This document shows, piece by piece, positions 7,651 to 10,033 of a DNA stretch of 10,033 nt. Positions within the stretch are counted from its first letter, which is position 1, and each line of letters opens with the position of its first letter. The position numbers were made by a program, and so were the translations under genes. Source of the stretch: Gemmatimonadales bacterium (lineage in GTDB: Bacteria; Gemmatimonadota; Gemmatimonadetes; Gemmatimonadales; GWC2-71-9); contig JBDIWC010000093.1 in assembly GCA_039794085.1 (NCBI GenBank), forward strand, positions 1 to 10,033, in the 5' to 3' direction. Below the pieces are notes generated by a model. That model saw nothing but the letters and a program-made list of their open reading frames with translations, searched no databases and had not been told where the DNA came from.

Positions 7651-7698
7651 AGAGGAGACGCCCTTGCCTGCCGGAGGGGGAGGTGCCGATACTCTTCC
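7651..7698 (+). repeat. 48-bp direct repeat, copy 2 (contains promoter-like TTGCCT-N18-GATACT)
   Basis: agaggagacgcccttgcctgccggagggggaggtgccgatactcttcc; 2 mismatches to copy 1; ends 35 nt before the ATG at 7734. Confidence 0.95.
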
Positions 7699-7733
7699 CG
7701 GGACAAGGCGCCCTTTCTCCTTCCGAGTCGATC

Positions 7734-8357
7734 ATGACGTCACCCCTGAGGACCACTCTGGTTCACGTTGCCTTGCTCGGCCTTGCCCCGCTGGCGACAC
7801 TGGCCGCTCAGGGCGGGCCACCGATGCCGCAACGCCTGGATGGTTACTGCCAGGGGGAGAGCTGCCACTTCGGGTGCCGGGCGGTGGCGCAGAAGGAGAT
7901 TCCCCTTCGGGTCCAGGACGAAGCCGGTGCTCCGGTCTCCTCCCGTGTCGCTCCCGGAGACACCGTGACGGTGACGACCGGAGCCCTCTGGGTGCGCGCC
8001 CCCGGGATCGTGCAGCTCCGACGCGACACCGTTCTCGCCACCGACGATGGAGTCCCTCGAACCGACACGCTGCGCCTGGCGCGGGGAGACACTCTCCATG
8101 TCATTGTCTATCGTGAACTCGGTACTTGGCGCTGGTGGTTTCGCGGGCAGGAAGGGGAGGGGGTGGAGTTCTGGAACGGGGAGGCACAGCGGTACTTCGG
8201 GAGAGGACGCGAGAACCTCGCCGCGGTGTCCCACACCGAGCCGAGCACCGAGATGTGGTTGCACCTCGAGGCGGGAGCGGGGATGAGCGGGTGGTGGATG
8301 AGGACGTGGGACCATCTGGAGCTGATCCGGGGGGAGGACCTCTACTGCGTGCACTAA
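7734..8357 (+). CDS. Secreted hypothetical protein (Cys motif, possible SH3b-like segment)
   Basis: The in-frame ATG at 7734 within ORF 7542..8357 opens a signal peptide (MTSPLRTTLVHVALLGLAPLATLAA|Q). CQGESC motif, an IPLRVQDEAGAPVSSRVAPGDTVTV segment reminiscent of SH3b, and host-like high-GC codon usage. Confidence 0.75.
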   Translation: MTSPLRTTLVHVALLGLAPLATLAAQGGPPMPQRLDGYCQGESCHFGCRAVAQKEIPLRVQDEAGAPVSSRVAPGDTVTVTTGALWVRAPGIVQLRRDTVLATDDGVPRTDTLRLARGDTLHVIVYRELGTWRWWFRGQEGEGVEFWNGEAQRYFGRGRENLAAVSHTEPSTEMWLHLEAGAGMSGWWMRTWDHLELIRGEDLYCVH

Positions 8358-8483
8358 CCGGGGTATAGACTCTGTCCTATGTCCCAATCCGGCCGAGCCG
8401 GAACCAAAATGGCTCACAACCCCTGGGTCACAGTTCCGCTGGACTGCCCCCCTCGTGAACAACCCTTGGGCCAATCTGCCGAT

Positions 8484-8560
8484 GTGTACGGGCCGTTCGT
8501 GAACGGCCCCTGGGTACGAACTGCCGGCGTGTACGGGCCGTTCGCGAACGGCCCGTACAC
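8484..8560. repeat. Two tandem REP-like palindromes
   Basis: Perfect 32-bp palindrome gtgtacgggccgttcgcgaacggcccgtacac (8529-8560) and an imperfect copy gtgtacgggccgttcgtgaacggccc (8484-8509), lying between convergent genes. Confidence 0.85.
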
Positions 8561-8664
8561 TGTTCTCCCTGTCACCCGCGGCGGCCCATGGGCCGCCGGT
8601 GTTGGTTTCCGGCCGTCGCCAAGAACATTGTTGTCGTTTTGTGTTCGATTTCGTCCGTAAGGGA

Positions 8665-8755
8665 CTATGTCCTACGTCCTATGTCCTATGTCCTACGTCC
8701 TATGTCCTATGTCCTATGTCCTATGTCCTATGTCCTATGTCCTATGTCCTACGCC
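8665..8755. repeat. Heptamer tandem repeat (CTAYGTC) x12 plus one degenerate unit
   Basis: ctatgtc/ctacgtc units from 8665 to 8748, then ctacgcc. It overlaps the stop codon of the ERCC4 gene. Confidence 0.97.
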
Positions 8756-9839
8756 CGTCCTGCGGTCCCAACACCACCCAGCGGAGTCCCCGGCCTGCCC
8801 CACGCCGATCGAGACGATATTCCCTTTCGAGTCCCTGGAGGATACGCCTGATCCGGACGAGGGAGACGTCCGGAAACATCGCGGCGACATCGGCGGTGGC
8901 GAACTCGGTGGGCATGTCACGCAGCGCCGCGTGCCGGATGCGGTCGTCGAGGTTGTCTTGACCGGTGGGAGTGTACTCCTCCACCACTCCCGCCACCAGG
9001 TCGAGCTGAGGGTTGGCGTTGCCCTCCAGTGCTGCTCCGCACGCCGCCAGATACCGCTCGGCCCAGAGGTTCGCCTGCTTCCGGCTCCCGGCGTAGATGA
9101 TCGGGAGTCGAGGATGGAGAGCGGAGAGTTCGGCGAGGACCCGGGCCACGTGGCTCGCGGGCCAGCGTCCGGCGAGCCGGCGCTCGTTCAGGAAATCGCC
9201 ATACTGGGCCTCCACCACGACCACCGACCGGTCAAGCCGGGCCAGATCGGCCCAGTGATGGTGCAGCGCCTGGATGGCTCCGATGTCACCCAGCAGGTTG
9301 TCATAGGACTTGCGCTCGATGACCACGGACACACGGTCGTCGGTGAGGAGGGCGTAGTCCCCGACCTGGAGCTTGCGACGCACCACGGTGGCGCCGGGAA
9401 ATCGCCAGGGGTACTTCTCCTGCGTGTCGATCGCGATGGTGACACCGCCGGGCGTGTCCCGCAGTTCCAACCGGGTGCGGGAGCGGTGGGACCGGATGCC
9501 CGACTCGGTGCGGAAGAAGATCTGCTCGTAGTCTCCCGTCCCATCCGCCCGCGGCTTGTGCACCACGAGAAACTCGCACCGCTTCCGGAGCGGACGGTCG
9601 AGTACCACGGCGAGCTTCCGACCCACACGGGACAGGTTGGCCACCGGCACCTGCTCGAGCGGGCGCAGCACCTCGGTGGGATCATCCTCCCGTTCGCGGA
9701 CGCAGAAGATCTGCTGGCCGGGGCCGGGCCAGGCCGACTGCGCTCTCACGGCGAGCAGCACACGACCCTCCTGCTCGATGCGGATCCGCACCGGGAAGCG
9801 GGCGTTGGTGGTGCGTTCGAGGATCCAGAGGGCCGGCAT
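8742..9839 (-). CDS. ERCC4 (XPF/Mus81-like) domain-containing putative nuclease with possible C-terminal winged helix
   Basis: IAIDTQE...RKLQVGDY...VVIERKS...VVVVEA fits the ERCC4 signature (D.RE, GDY, ERK). The C-terminal segment EFATADVAAMFPDVSLVRIRRILQGLE...GRGLRW is wHTH-like. The ATG at 9839 (MPALWILERT) is preferred over 9959. Confidence 0.85.
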   Translation of the reverse strand: MPALWILERTTNARFPVRIRIEQEGRVLLAVRAQSAWPGPGQQIFCVREREDDPTEVLRPLEQVPVANLSRVGRKLAVVLDRPLRKRCEFLVVHKPRADGTGDYEQIFFRTESGIRSHRSRTRLELRDTPGGVTIAIDTQEKYPWRFPGATVVRRKLQVGDYALLTDDRVSVVIERKSYDNLLGDIGAIQALHHHWADLARLDRSVVVVEAQYGDFLNERRLAGRWPASHVARVLAELSALHPRLPIIYAGSRKQANLWAERYLAACGAALEGNANPQLDLVAGVVEEYTPTGQDNLDDRIRHAALRDMPTEFATADVAAMFPDVSLVRIRRILQGLEREYRLDRRGAGRGLRWVVLGPQDGRRT

Positions 9840-9874
9840 CGGTTCTCGGGGCGGGGGAGCTGCAGGAGAACATA

Positions 9875-10033
9875 GTAGCCCCGTGGGGGAAGTTTGAAGT
9901 GTGGTAGGGAGTAGGGAGATTGCATGAGAAGGTCCAACCCCCAGATTAAGCGAAGTCACCCGTGGGGGTGCTCCAAAAGGAAACCGGGCTCGGAGCCCAC
10001 AACCTGGAGGTTGGACCTATGCCGAATATAACG
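9875..10033 (+). mobile_element. Possible IS110-family left non-coding end and start of its transposase (partial)
   Basis: 15-bp inverted repeat (9930-9944 / 10004-10018) enclosing two small hairpins, with a GGAGG RBS inside the 3' arm and an ATG at 10019 (MPNIT...). The layout recalls IS110 leaders; the family call is pattern-based only and the left boundary is approximate. Confidence 0.45.

Noticed and set aside
8588..9875. Plus-strand ORFs with MSYVLCP repeats
   Set aside because: Translation of the heptamer tract plus the antisense shadow of the ERCC4 gene.

Overview
High-GC bacterial window; the gene content is reminiscent of Gemmatimonadota, but that is an inference. From left to right: (1) the left end of an ISL3-family IS (minus strand) inserted into a frameshifted KilA-N gene. 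(2) A minus-strand pair: a secreted metal-dependent amidohydrolase and a multicopper oxidase with a long N-terminal extension. (3) A lower-GC, ~3.4 kb plus-strand cassette bounded by a 48-bp direct repeat. It holds a sigma70-type promoter, a 17-bp tandem repeat, a CxxC thioredoxin-like lipoprotein, two paralogous signal-peptide-bearing 6-Cys mini-peptides separated by a decayed copy of the thioredoxin gene's 3' end, and a 6-bladed beta-propeller lipoprotein. (4) A secreted hypothetical protein. (5) An intergenic region with REP-like palindromes and a heptamer tandem repeat. (6) An ERCC4-domain nuclease gene on the minus strand. (7) At the right edge, a structured non-coding segment resembling an IS110-family left end, followed by the first codons of a gene. 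The best candidate for an undescribed system is the cassette: a possible secreted disulfide-rich peptide / thiol-oxidoreductase / beta-propeller module.
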